37,837 bases of DNA, from contig CAZALW010000003.1 in the NCBI GenBank assembly GCA_964485705.1, positions 1-37,837 of the forward strand, written 5' to 3'. Under the pieces are notes generated by a model. The model was not told where the DNA came from. It searched no databases and saw only the letters and a program-made list of their open reading frames with translations. The stretch is from an uncultured Thiotrichaceae bacterium (lineage in GTDB: Bacteria; Pseudomonadota; Gammaproteobacteria; SZUA-229). How positions within the stretch are numbered: the stretch's first letter is position 1; every line of letters begins with the position of its first letter. Both the position numbers and the translations under genes were made by a program. Shown here in pieces: positions 26,407-35,396 of the stretch.

Positions 26407-28008
26407 TTACTTAACCGTAGGTGGGGTAGTAAAACTATGGAATGGAGCTGGTGAAGGCAAAGTCCATTCTAAACCTTCGGCATTTTCCCAAACCTGATCC
26501 GTTGCTTTTTCTGTACTACGACCACGAATTGTCTTAATGACGTTGTACAGCAGAATTAGCTGCGCAAATCCAAAGACAAAGGCACCGACTGAGGCGATAG
26601 CATTAAATTCAGCAAACTGCATATTGTAGTCAGGAATGCGCCGTGGCATACCCGCCAAACCAACAAAATGCATAGGGAAGAAAAGCACGTTGACTGAAAC
26701 AGTTGATACCCAGAAATGCAGTTTACCCAGACTTTCATCATACATATTGCCAGTCCATTTCGGCAGCCAAAAATATATTGCTGCGAAAATAGAGAACAAA
26801 GAACCGGTTACTAATACATAATGAAAGTGCGCTACTACAAAATAAGTATCGTGATACTGGAAATCAGCAGGCACAATACTTAGCATCAAACCGGTAAAGC
26901 CACCAATGGTAAACATAAAGATAAAACCAATAGCAAACAACATCGGTGTTTCAAAACTTAACGAACCCTGCCACATGGTACTTACCCAGTTAAAAACTTT
27001 TACCCCCGTTGGTACCGCAATCAACATGGTTGCATACATAAAAAACAATTCAGTTGCAACGGGCATGCCAGTCGTAAACATATGATGAGCCCATACGATA
27101 AAAGACAGAAAAGCAATGGAGGAGGTTGCATAAACCATTGAGGTGTAACCAAAAAGTTTTTTACGTGAGAAGGTAGGGATGATCTGAGAGATAATGCCGA
27201 AAGCGGGCAGTATCATAATATACACTTCAGGGTGACCAAAAAACCAGAAAATATGCTGGAACAACACCGGGTCGCCGCCGCCTGCTGCATTAAAGAAGCT
27301 GGTGCCGAAATTACGGTCAGTCAACATCATGGTGACAACACCCGCCAAAATAGGCATCACCGCGATCAACAGGTAGGCGGTAATAAACCATGTCCAGATA
27401 AAAATAGGCATTTTCATGTAGGTCATGCCAGGTGCACGCATGTTGATAATGGTTGCGATAATGTTAATTGCACCCATGATTGATGAGATGCCCATTAAAT
27501 GCACTGAGAATATAAAATAATCTGTACTGTCCGGGCCGTAAGTTGTGGACAATGGTGCATAAAATGTCCAGCCGAAATTCGGTGCTGACCCCATACCCAT
27601 CAAGCTCATCACCAAGCTTGAAAGCAATATACCAAAAGCTGCCACCAGTAACCAGAAACTGAGGTTATTCATGCGCGGCAGAGCCATATCCGGCGCACCA
27701 ATCATTAACGGTACCATCCAGTTAGCCAGTCCAACAAATGCCGGCATAATGACCCCGAACACCATAATAAGACCGTGCAGGGTAGTCAGTTGATTGAAAA
27801 ATTCAGGTTCAACAAATTGTAAACCCGGTTGAAACAGTTCCGCACGAATAATTAGTGCCAGGCCGCCACCAATAAACAGCATAGTGAAGCTGAACCACAG
27901 ATACATGGTGCCAATGTCTTTATGGTTGGTGCTAAATAACCAGCGACCTATACCAGTAGGTTTGTGATCATAATGCTCATCATGAAGATCTTCGATAACA
28001 GCGCTCAT
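26407..28008 (-). CDS. coxA: cytochrome c oxidase subunit I
   Basis: NHKDIGTMY, WFFGHPEVY and HHMF are present in a 12-helix layout. GAGGAA lies upstream of the ATG. Confidence 0.95.
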   Translation of the reverse strand: MSAVIEDLHDEHYDHKPTGIGRWLFSTNHKDIGTMYLWFSFTMLFIGGGLALIIRAELFQPGLQFVEPEFFNQLTTLHGLIMVFGVIMPAFVGLANWMVPLMIGAPDMALPRMNNLSFWLLVAAFGILLSSLVMSLMGMGSAPNFGWTFYAPLSTTYGPDSTDYFIFSVHLMGISSIMGAINIIATIINMRAPGMTYMKMPIFIWTWFITAYLLIAVMPILAGVVTMMLTDRNFGTSFFNAAGGGDPVLFQHIFWFFGHPEVYIMILPAFGIISQIIPTFSRKKLFGYTSMVYATSSIAFLSFIVWAHHMFTTGMPVATELFFMYATMLIAVPTGVKVFNWVSTMWQGSLSFETPMLFAIGFIFMFTIGGFTGLMLSIVPADFQYHDTYFVVAHFHYVLVTGSLFSIFAAIYFWLPKWTGNMYDESLGKLHFWVSTVSVNVLFFPMHFVGLAGMPRRIPDYNMQFAEFNAIASVGAFVFGFAQLILLYNVIKTIRGRSTEKATDQVWENAEGLEWTLPSPAPFHSFTTPPTVK

Positions 28009-28056
28009 AATTTCCTCATTTATCCATTATTATTCAATAAGTTATTTTATGTTTTT

Positions 28057-28190
28057 GTAGCTTCTCAATAATCCGTGGCAGTCTATCGTTTTGAGACTGT
28101 CGGTATCATGGATGCTACCGTCAAGCCTACAGGGACGTATTCACGGCGTATATCAAAATGATAGACTGCCACGGCTTATTGAGAAGCTAC
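28057..28190. mobile_element. hairpin MITE/REPIN-like element, copy C, with perfect 8-bp target-site duplication
   Basis: The 41-bp arms match at 37 of 41. ATGTTTTT lies directly before (28049..28056) and after (28191..28198) the element. It sits in the coxB-coxA intercistronic gap. Confidence 0.85.
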
Positions 28191-28228
28191 ATGTTTTTAA
28201 TGTCAAAAGTTAAAGTATAAGCACTGCT

Positions 28229-29353
28229 TTATCTAGCCGCCTTAATATCTGCTGGCTGTACCATATCGCCAGTATCGTTACCCCAGGCATTACGCTCATA
28301 AGTAATTAATGCTGCAAGGTCAGCATCATTTAGCTGGACACCAAATGCCTGCATCGCAGTTGCTGATACGCCATTGATTACTATATCTATATGTTTAGCA
28401 ACATCACCGGTAGTAATGCCACCTTTAAGACCCGGGAATACGTTAGCAAGACCTTCACCATTTGCCTGGTGACAGGCCGCACAATTTGTTGTATAAACGG
28501 TTTTACCGTGATCCATCAATTCATTCATCGTCCATGTTTTGTTGGCACTGGCAACAGCCGCCGCTGCATCTTGTTTCTGACTGGCAATCCATGTTGTGTA
28601 ATCATCTGCTGATACAACATCAACAACAATTGGCATAAAACCGTGATTAGTTCCACATAGTTCAGCGCATTGACCACGGTAAGTGCCGATCTTGTCTGTC
28701 TTGAACCAGCTTTCATTTATGTAACCCGGGATCGCGTCTTTTTTAACCGCAAAATCAGGTATCCACCAGGCGTGAATAACATCATTTGAGGTAAACAATA
28801 AACGAATTTTTTTATTGACAGGAACAACAAGTCGGTTATCAACTTCTAATAAGTAATGCTCGTTTTTCGTTGCTTTGTTTTGAATTTCCTGGATGGGTGT
28901 AGAGAGGTTGCTAAAGAAGCTGATGTCTTCACCAAGATAATCATAATGCCATTTCCATTGATAACCGGTTACCTTAATAGACATATCAGAATTAGTTACA
29001 TCTTCCATGGCAAGCAATACTTTGGTTGCTGGCACCGCCATAAAGCCCAGAATAATGAATGGAATAATCGTCCAGACAATTTCTATGGTTAAATTGTCAT
29101 CAAATTTAGCGGCTTTATAATCACGTGATTTTCGATGCATAATGATTGAATAAATCATTGCACCAAAAACGATAATGCCGATGGCGACACATATCCACAT
29201 AACCAAAGTATGTATGTTATACGCACCCTGGCTAACTGAAGTGACACCTGGACGAAGGTCCAACTGGTATTCAGCCCAGGACTGCATGCTAATAAGCATC
29301 AGTCCGATAAAGCTGGCAACACGGATTGCTGCACTCATGTTTACTCCCAACAA
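28229..29353 (-). CDS. coxB: cytochrome c oxidase subunit II with fused C-terminal cytochrome c domain
   Basis: The CuA site is CAELCGTNHGFM, with HAWWIPDF nearby. The C-terminal domain has CAACHQ. Confidence 0.95.
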   Translation of the reverse strand: MLGVNMSAAIRVASFIGLMLISMQSWAEYQLDLRPGVTSVSQGAYNIHTLVMWICVAIGIIVFGAMIYSIIMHRKSRDYKAAKFDDNLTIEIVWTIIPFIILGFMAVPATKVLLAMEDVTNSDMSIKVTGYQWKWHYDYLGEDISFFSNLSTPIQEIQNKATKNEHYLLEVDNRLVVPVNKKIRLLFTSNDVIHAWWIPDFAVKKDAIPGYINESWFKTDKIGTYRGQCAELCGTNHGFMPIVVDVVSADDYTTWIASQKQDAAAAVASANKTWTMNELMDHGKTVYTTNCAACHQANGEGLANVFPGLKGGITTGDVAKHIDIVINGVSATAMQAFGVQLNDADLAALITYERNAWGNDTGDMVQPADIKAAR

Positions 29354-29670
29354 TATTTATAATAGTTTTTAGGAAATTATGACAGTCAAGTTAAAAGTAA
29401 AGGTTTCTTGACTTACATCATCACATTGTTGCAAGCATCCTACTTTTATTAATCTCCTTGCACAAGAGTAGATAGAAAATAAATGTGTTATTTCACACAC
29501 TTAATTTAAAAAAAAGTAGAAAAAAATTATAATATAATCATTTACTTATTTTAAATAACTGGTTTAAGTATAACTATGAGTGAGAATTGTTCTGTAGCTA
29601 TTGTAGTTTTAACAATACGGCAGGTTGCCACAACTGGGCACTGAATATCATAAGCCAGATAAATATTACC

Positions 29671-29729
29671 ATGAAGCGCATGAAGGATATGAAGGATATG
29701 AAGGCACCAGATCTTCATGTCCTTCATGG
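29671..29729. repeat. cluster of ATGAAG(G) repeats at the presumed ICE/chromosome junction
   Basis: Four tandem 9-mers (ATGAAGCGC, ATGAAGGAT, ATGAAGGAT, ATGAAGGCA) are followed by two inverted copies (TCTTCAT, TCCTTCAT). Confidence 0.7.
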
Positions 29730-29855
29730 TGAATTGAAAAGATAGAAGTCTTGAGACCAATAAAACAAGAATGCCGTGATTTTTCAAACTAAATAATATG
29801 CATTTACTACATAGGTGTTTTACTTAGTCAAAAACGCAACTTTCATTTTAAAGAA

Positions 29856-31106
29856 TTAGTAAATATCTTTTATACGCTTTTTTCGACCAGACTCATGCCT
29901 TTCACGCAGATCAGAGTCAATATAACGATCTGTGGTGGCCATGCTGGCATGCCCGGCATCATCGCGCACATGTTCACGAGGACGAAACTTAACGTCCTCT
30001 GAGATGCCGGTGTGCCTTAACCAGTGAACAGTAGCCGTTTTTAGCTCAATAGCATCAGCTTTAAGACCGTCTTTTTTCATACGATCATATGCAGCATCAA
30101 AACATTGCTGCACGATACGTCTAATGTGCCTGGTGCTTGTGATAGAGCCTTTGCCAATAGCTTTAGATATGAGCGGTACTTGCTCACTGTATGCTGGTAA
30201 TTCTGGCAGGCCTAAATGTTTACGGTAACGTTTAAGTGCTTTAAGCATATCGTCACACACTGTTATAGAACGATTTTTATTGCCTTTACCTGTTACGTCA
30301 AACCACCAGTTATTGTCCTGATCTTTTCTAAAATCACTCATTACCGGCATGGAGCGTTCATCAGCAACTAGCTCTGAGATGCGAAGATACATGGCAAATA
30401 AGCAGTTCATAATAAATAAGGTGCGCTCATGTTCAGGGTCACTAGCAGCCATTAACTCGGCTGTTTCCAACACATAATCCCACTGCAGCGTACTGATGCG
30501 TCTTACAATGGGCTTCAACTGGTCTTTACGGATGAATTTACTTTTTTGTTTGATCAAAGCAACAGGATTCGATGCAACAAGATTTTCTTGAATCAGGTAT
30601 TCATAAAATGAAGATAACGCTGTAAATATACCTTTAATGGCCGCCTGAGATGGACAAAATTGATTTGCATCAGCAACTATATGGTTGCTATGTTCTGATT
30701 TTGAAACGGATACCACAAAGGGTCGCCATTCATCGTTGGCTGATCGTTTACCATTTTTATTCTTAAATCGCGCAACATTTTTTATACCTATCCAGGCTTT
30801 CGGCGGGTCGAAACAGAAACGTATAAAATCTTCAATGTGTTCGCGTTTCAGATTTAATAAAGAAGTTTGTTCGATACGCCAGCACCACTGAAGCAATCTT
30901 TCCAAATCACGTCGGTAGCTATTAAAAGTTGCGGTGCTGCCATTATAGCTATACAGAAATTTAAGGGCGAATTCCAGATCAGTGTCAGCACCAATTATTC
31001 TGGTGTCCAAATATGACTCAGCAGAAAAGTGCTTTTGCTTAAATGGATTACCGATATGGTTGAGATTATCAATTATCGCTATAGGTGGTATTCGTATCGG
31101 GTTCAT
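29856..31106 (-). CDS. tyrosine recombinase / integrase
   Basis: The catalytic motifs are YLRISEL (Arg), HWLRHTG (H-x-x-R-H) and ATTDRYI (Tyr). Confidence 0.9.
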   Translation of the reverse strand: MNPIRIPPIAIIDNLNHIGNPFKQKHFSAESYLDTRIIGADTDLEFALKFLYSYNGSTATFNSYRRDLERLLQWCWRIEQTSLLNLKREHIEDFIRFCFDPPKAWIGIKNVARFKNKNGKRSANDEWRPFVVSVSKSEHSNHIVADANQFCPSQAAIKGIFTALSSFYEYLIQENLVASNPVALIKQKSKFIRKDQLKPIVRRISTLQWDYVLETAELMAASDPEHERTLFIMNCLFAMYLRISELVADERSMPVMSDFRKDQDNNWWFDVTGKGNKNRSITVCDDMLKALKRYRKHLGLPELPAYSEQVPLISKAIGKGSITSTRHIRRIVQQCFDAAYDRMKKDGLKADAIELKTATVHWLRHTGISEDVKFRPREHVRDDAGHASMATTDRYIDSDLRERHESGRKKRIKDIY

Positions 31107-31168
31107 TATTCATTAATTGCTCATAATAGATATGAGCCAAGTATAGCTAAATAACCCGCAAATACAAC

Positions 31169-31196
31169 ATGTCCGATATTCACAAATATCGGACAT
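31169..31196. promoter_or_regulatory. 11-bp perfect inverted repeat (operator candidate) between int and parA
   Basis: The sequence is ATGTCCGATAT-tcacaa-ATATCGGACAT. Confidence 0.5.
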
Positions 31197-31228
31197 TGAG
31201 ATTTTAGAGGCTGTTGTGAACAAAATAA

Positions 31229-31249
31229 AACTAACAACTAACAACTAAC
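31229..31249 (+). repeat. three perfect tandem AACTAAC heptamers just upstream of the parA RBS
   Basis: It is read directly as aactaac aactaac aactaac. It could be an iteron, centromere-like site or operator. Confidence 0.6.
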
Positions 31250-31266
31250 CTTGCGGGTATAAGGAA

Positions 31267-32139
31267 ATGGCTAAAGTATTTGGTATCGTATCAACCAAAG
31301 GCGGCGTAGGTAAAACATCTATCGCTGCAAATATTGGTGGCATTCTTGCCGACATGGGACAACACGTCCTGTTAATTGACGGTGATTTTCAGCAATCACT
31401 GTCGGATTGGTTTGAAATTACAGACAAAGCAGAATTCGGGCTACGGCAATTCATCACGAAGGCTCAACCAACTAACTGCATCTCAAGCACAGCAATAGAT
31501 AATCTGGACATTGTTCTGTCCGATGACCCTAGCGGCAAACTAATCGACTGGTTTCGCGCTTCGACCAATAATGTCTACTATTTGCTTGCGTCAATAAAGA
31601 GACTCTCTGATTACTACGATTACGTGATTATTGATTCTCAAGGTGCGCGTGGCATCCTCCAGGAAAGCATTATTCTTGCTAGTGATTCATTGATTTGCCC
31701 ATTAGTGCCAAACGTGATGGAGTCACGCGAGTTTATTCGCGGCACGATCCAGATGCTCAAATCACTGGAGCCACCTGCCGGTGTGTCCGTGCCAGTCCCT
31801 AATATCCCACCTCTATATGGTGTTATTTACAAACAGGACAGAACCAATAATTCTATCAAAATTGCGAACGCTATTCGCAAACAGTTCTATCAAGGATCCG
31901 GTGGCAAAATCAGTGTTCTGGATACCTTTGTGCCTAACTTGACTGCCTACAAGAAGGCGGTGGCTGCCGGACTGCCAGTACATCGTGTTGAGGTCACGCG
32001 ATCAGGGCCAACACCCAGCGCACACGACACCATTCTGTCGCTGGTGCATGAGCTTCTCCCGCACCTTAGTGACACCTATCCAGTCTGGGATAAAAACAAC
32101 GTCTCCCCTATTAAGAAAGCAGCCGGAGGAGAAGAATAA
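31267..32139 (+). CDS. parA: ParA/Soj partition ATPase
   Basis: It has the deviant Walker A motif STKGGVGKTS, plus LLIDGD. Confidence 0.9.
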   Translation: MAKVFGIVSTKGGVGKTSIAANIGGILADMGQHVLLIDGDFQQSLSDWFEITDKAEFGLRQFITKAQPTNCISSTAIDNLDIVLSDDPSGKLIDWFRASTNNVYYLLASIKRLSDYYDYVIIDSQGARGILQESIILASDSLICPLVPNVMESREFIRGTIQMLKSLEPPAGVSVPVPNIPPLYGVIYKQDRTNNSIKIANAIRKQFYQGSGGKISVLDTFVPNLTAYKKAVAAGLPVHRVEVTRSGPTPSAHDTILSLVHELLPHLSDTYPVWDKNNVSPIKKAAGGEE

Positions 32140-33857
32140 TGGCAAATAACAAAGGACAGATAACGGACGGCGATAATGTACTGGATTTTTTAAACCTCAA
32201 AAATACTGAGGATAAGTCTAGTTTTGATGACCCGATTACTAAGTCATCAGTACCTATTACGATAGATCAGCTGCGACCTTACGATAATAATCCACGAACC
32301 ACCAGAAACCCTAATTACGATGAAATCCGCGACATGATTGAGGCGCGTGGATTAGATAGCCCGCCAAACATCAGTCGCAGAAACCCAGATGATGAACACT
32401 ACATCATCATCGATGGCGGCAATACGCGGCTGGAAATTCTTCGAGAACTGTATGAAAAATATACAGTGCTTGCTGAACAGGCAACTTCGCTTGATGAAAA
32501 AAACAAACTGACTGAAAAAGCACAAAGCTTTTTTGCCCACAAATGTGTTTTCAAGCCATGGAAATCAGAATCCGATGCTCTGGCCGGTCACATGTGCGAG
32601 AACGAAGCACGAGGCCCGGTCAAGTTCATCGAAAAAGCCATGGCCGCGCAAAAATTCCGCGAAATCTATGCACAAGATGACAAGCAGGCGTTGATTGATG
32701 CGGGTGGAGATATTGATGAAGATTATGAATCCCCACCTTTATCCATGCGGGCGTTATCCAGACGAATGGCAAGCCAGGGCTGGAAAGTTAGTGACAGCCA
32801 CCTCACCCGCTTTAATTATGCAGTAACGGTTTTAATTGACGTGATTCCTCTGGCGTTATGGGCCGGTGCTGGTCAACCGATTGTAAGAAGCGTCCGCAAA
32901 TACAAAAAAGCCTACGAAGACTTCTGGCAACAAATTGACGCGCCAGAACCAGACAAAATAAGCGACTATTTTTTCGAACAGTTGCACGAGTTTGACAATG
33001 AAGAACTCGACTTCAAAGCCTTTATTGATTTCTTTAACCGTTATTTAGCAGACAAACTGGACATGCCGGTAATCAGCGTTTCGGCTGAAGTAAATGCGCT
33101 GCTCAACAACAAAGCAATCAACGTGCCACCAGAGCTTTTACAGCAATCACTTAATTCTTCAGATGCGGGTATGAGTGAGGCAGAAGCCATTGCCAGGCGT
33201 TATCAGGAAACCCGTAACCCTGGTGAGACAGTTAGAGACCCTGGCCCTGCTGATACGCCCTCCCCTACACCTAAACAACAACGCTCAGTCGCTCAGTCGC
33301 CAGATGTAAAACAAGATACAAACAATAATGAGCATTCGGATAACCAACAAAATGTACCAGTAGCCGGTAGCGAGCCACAAACACAGGGTTTCTTCATACC
33401 TTCAGACATTGAATCCGTCTGGCAGGGAATATTTGATCGTGCCGCTATTGTGGCCGAACAATATGATTTGATGATGACGCTTGTTGATGATGGTTCGGGC
33501 TTTAAACAGTATGCCGTCATGAACTGCATTCCCTTTAAACCAGAACGGGCAAACGAACCAAGAGAACGGCTCATTTTTGATAAATCAAAAGATGATGAGA
33601 GAGCCGCTATGTGGTGGGCAATGTCTTGCATTTCAGGCTCTTATAAAAATGAGACTATTGCTGATTTTACCGATTCAGTGTTTGCCAATATATATCAAAA
33701 CTATCTTCTTGATTTTGATCACAACATCATGGCAATGATTTTGTTTCTGGAAGAAATAACATTGATGCTGCCGGATGAAACGCAAAAGTTGTTGTATGAA
33801 TTACGATTATTAACAAAACAGTATCTGATTTTACGGCAAGGAGGTTCTCATGACTAA
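32139..33857 (+). CDS. ICE-type ParB-family protein with long C-terminal extension
   Basis: The ParB N-terminal-domain-like region is ITIDQLRPYDNNPR....IIIDGGNTRLEIL. The start overlaps the parA stop (TAATG). Size and position fit the PFGI-1-class ParB. Confidence 0.7.
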   Translation: MANNKGQITDGDNVLDFLNLKNTEDKSSFDDPITKSSVPITIDQLRPYDNNPRTTRNPNYDEIRDMIEARGLDSPPNISRRNPDDEHYIIIDGGNTRLEILRELYEKYTVLAEQATSLDEKNKLTEKAQSFFAHKCVFKPWKSESDALAGHMCENEARGPVKFIEKAMAAQKFREIYAQDDKQALIDAGGDIDEDYESPPLSMRALSRRMASQGWKVSDSHLTRFNYAVTVLIDVIPLALWAGAGQPIVRSVRKYKKAYEDFWQQIDAPEPDKISDYFFEQLHEFDNEELDFKAFIDFFNRYLADKLDMPVISVSAEVNALLNNKAINVPPELLQQSLNSSDAGMSEAEAIARRYQETRNPGETVRDPGPADTPSPTPKQQRSVAQSPDVKQDTNNNEHSDNQQNVPVAGSEPQTQGFFIPSDIESVWQGIFDRAAIVAEQYDLMMTLVDDGSGFKQYAVMNCIPFKPERANEPRERLIFDKSKDDERAAMWWAMSCISGSYKNETIADFTDSVFANIYQNYLLDFDHNIMAMILFLEEITLMLPDETQKLLYELRLLTKQYLILRQGGSHD

Positions 33858-34476
33858 CGTTGCTCATGCTCAATTTTCATATAAAAACAATTCCTTGCTC
33901 ACTGAGCTTAACCATGTCATTACACGGTTTATTATCGACCTGTATCACAACGGTGATTTTGATGCGCTGGAACAATTTGGCGTATCGAAATCAACAGCAA
34001 AAGAATTGTCGGGATTATCGATTAGCAATCATCATCGTCTAACAAAATGCCAGCAATTACTGGGCAATGTTTTTGTTGATGAGAAGCGTTTGAAGCGACT
34101 AATGCAATACATTATTAACAACGAAAACAAAGACAGTTTCATCAACCAGTTGATAAAAATGCAGGCAAGCCAATCCATGCTGGAGCGTCTGGCCGGTGTT
34201 GATCACCATGATTTCAGACAACGGCGAAATTTACTGGATCTGCCAAAGGCCGCTGCTGGTCGCCCTGCCGTACTAAACGATAAAGAAGCAATAAGGCTGA
34301 CTGAATCATGGCAACGACATGTTGATAAAGAACACGATCTCCTGCAGCGGTATTTTTATGTTGGCCTTGATACCGGTATACCGTTATCAAGGCTATGGAA
34401 TCACATGCAGTTATCTGGTTACGATTGCAACAACGTAATCAAACCTTGGACAAATAACAACCGCCAGGAAATATAA
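33850..34476 (+). CDS. STY4526/DUF2857-like ICE protein (positional call)
   Basis: It is a ~200-aa helical protein directly after the ICE parB, overlapping it by 8 nt. The family assignment rests on synteny memory only. Confidence 0.4.
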   Translation: MTNVAHAQFSYKNNSLLTELNHVITRFIIDLYHNGDFDALEQFGVSKSTAKELSGLSISNHHRLTKCQQLLGNVFVDEKRLKRLMQYIINNENKDSFINQLIKMQASQSMLERLAGVDHHDFRQRRNLLDLPKAAAGRPAVLNDKEAIRLTESWQRHVDKEHDLLQRYFYVGLDTGIPLSRLWNHMQLSGYDCNNVIKPWTNNNRQEI

Positions 34477-34478
34477 AT

Positions 34479-35066
34479 ATGGGTCATTTATTTAAAAAAT
34501 TGATTTGTAAATTTAAAGGTCATGCGTATGCAGCTCCTTATGATGACCTTGAGCCAACACCAGATAATAATGATCTGGAGCGTATAAATAACTATACAAA
34601 TTTAGCAATAACAGAACCGAGCAATTTTGATTCAAGCCACCCTGACCTGGCGCGGATTTTTTTAGGTTGGCTACAACAAAATTTACGCACTGGAAAATTA
34701 AAGATAAACCGGCGTGACGCTATGGTTCATATTGTGGCAGAAGGCGTTTTACTGGTATCACCAAAAATTTTTAAGGCTTTTGTTAATGATTATGATGCAT
34801 TACGTGACGATAGTTTCGCATTCAAACAGATACAAAATAAATTAGAAAAGTTAATGAGAAAAAATAATCTTGGAATACGCACAGGTGATGGCGGGAACAT
34901 CCATACCTACCTGGTACAAGGGCCAAAGCGTAAAACAACACTGAATGGCTGGTTATTGCCACTATCTGTTATTTATCAAGTGCCAAACATTAACTATGCA
35001 TTGATTAATACTACAGGCATTTGGAAGTCAGGTAAAAAATCAAGAATCAACAGAAAAAAACAATGA
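34479..35066 (+). CDS. hypothetical ICE protein, possibly TraI C-terminal-like DNA-binding domain
   Basis: MVHIVAEGVLLVSPKIFKAF resembles what I recall of the putative nickase/helicase TraI C-terminal domain. This is weak. Confidence 0.35.
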   Translation: MGHLFKKLICKFKGHAYAAPYDDLEPTPDNNDLERINNYTNLAITEPSNFDSSHPDLARIFLGWLQQNLRTGKLKINRRDAMVHIVAEGVLLVSPKIFKAFVNDYDALRDDSFAFKQIQNKLEKLMRKNNLGIRTGDGGNIHTYLVQGPKRKTTLNGWLLPLSVIYQVPNINYALINTTGIWKSGKKSRINRKKQ

Positions 35067-35257
35067 GTACGAAGATTACAAAAAGAAAAGAATTGAGTGG
35101 GGTGGCCCCGTCTGGCAAGCCATCAATGCAATACCAACTGCTAAATGTAGCAGCACACTGGTTACGCGTAACCAGAGGAGTGTCAGGCATCCAGCCTGAA
35201 CGTAGTTCGGGGTCTGATGCATACACAGGCCTAAGGTGCTTCGTTTATGCGTATTGA
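35063..35257 (+). CDS. 64-aa ORF of doubtful coding status (ATGA-coupled to the upstream gene)
   Basis: The ATGA overlap suggests coupling. However, the sequence is unusually GC-rich, has no protein-like pattern, and overlaps a structured segment. Confidence 0.25.
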   Translation: MSTKITKRKELSGVAPSGKPSMQYQLLNVAAHWLRVTRGVSGIQPERSSGSDAYTGLRCFVYAY

Positions 35258-35317
35258 TAACAAGGGAGGCCGAAACAGCCTATTTTGTCTCATTAGTGGC
35301 GACGAGCCACCCCACTC
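35095..35317 (+). other. GC-rich structured segment (candidate ncRNA or ssDNA element)
   Basis: A 12-bp long-range helix pairs GAGTGGGGTGGC (35095..35106) with GCCACCCCACTC (35306..35317). It encloses at least three local hairpins: 35138..35153, the 18-nt palindrome 35158..35175, and 35184..35198. A CCCCG/CGGGG sub-helix (35106..35110 with 35208..35212) is also present. Confidence 0.35.
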
Positions 35318-35396
35318 GCCTATTATAGCGGGTGTTCATAATCATGCAAATGAATGAACATCTTAGTAATTATTAAACCAGATTAGGAGATAGCTC

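Noticed and set aside
20226-28190. Possibility that the repeated hairpin units form a CRISPR array
   Set aside because: The three copies are kilobases apart in separate intergenic gaps. Each is an inverted repeat with its own target duplication. There is no regular repeat-spacer periodicity and no cas genes.
29551-29787. 78-aa minus-strand ORF between integrase and coxB
   Set aside because: Its HILHILHALH segment is simply the translation of the tandem ATGAAGGAT repeats. It has no RBS and a hydrophobic junk-like remainder.
29354-29855. tRNA gene as ICE attachment site
   Set aside because: I looked on both strands for T-loop (GGTTCRANYC) and acceptor-stem symmetry and found none. The question is kept only as an open point in the junction finding.
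17-34042. Numerous 60-125-aa ORFs lying antisense or out of frame inside long genes (e.g. 17..307, 4088..4468, 5779..6093, 8266..8517, 9193..9561, 13640..13915, 18648..18971, 27232..27483, 33293..33631, 33860..34042)
   Set aside because: Each is fully contained in a longer ORF with clear family motifs. They have skewed composition and no RBS, so I treat them as shadow ORFs.
31267-34476. Claiming a quantified GC-content jump at the ICE boundary
   Set aside because: This is only a visual impression and I did not compute base composition. It is stated as an impression, not as evidence.
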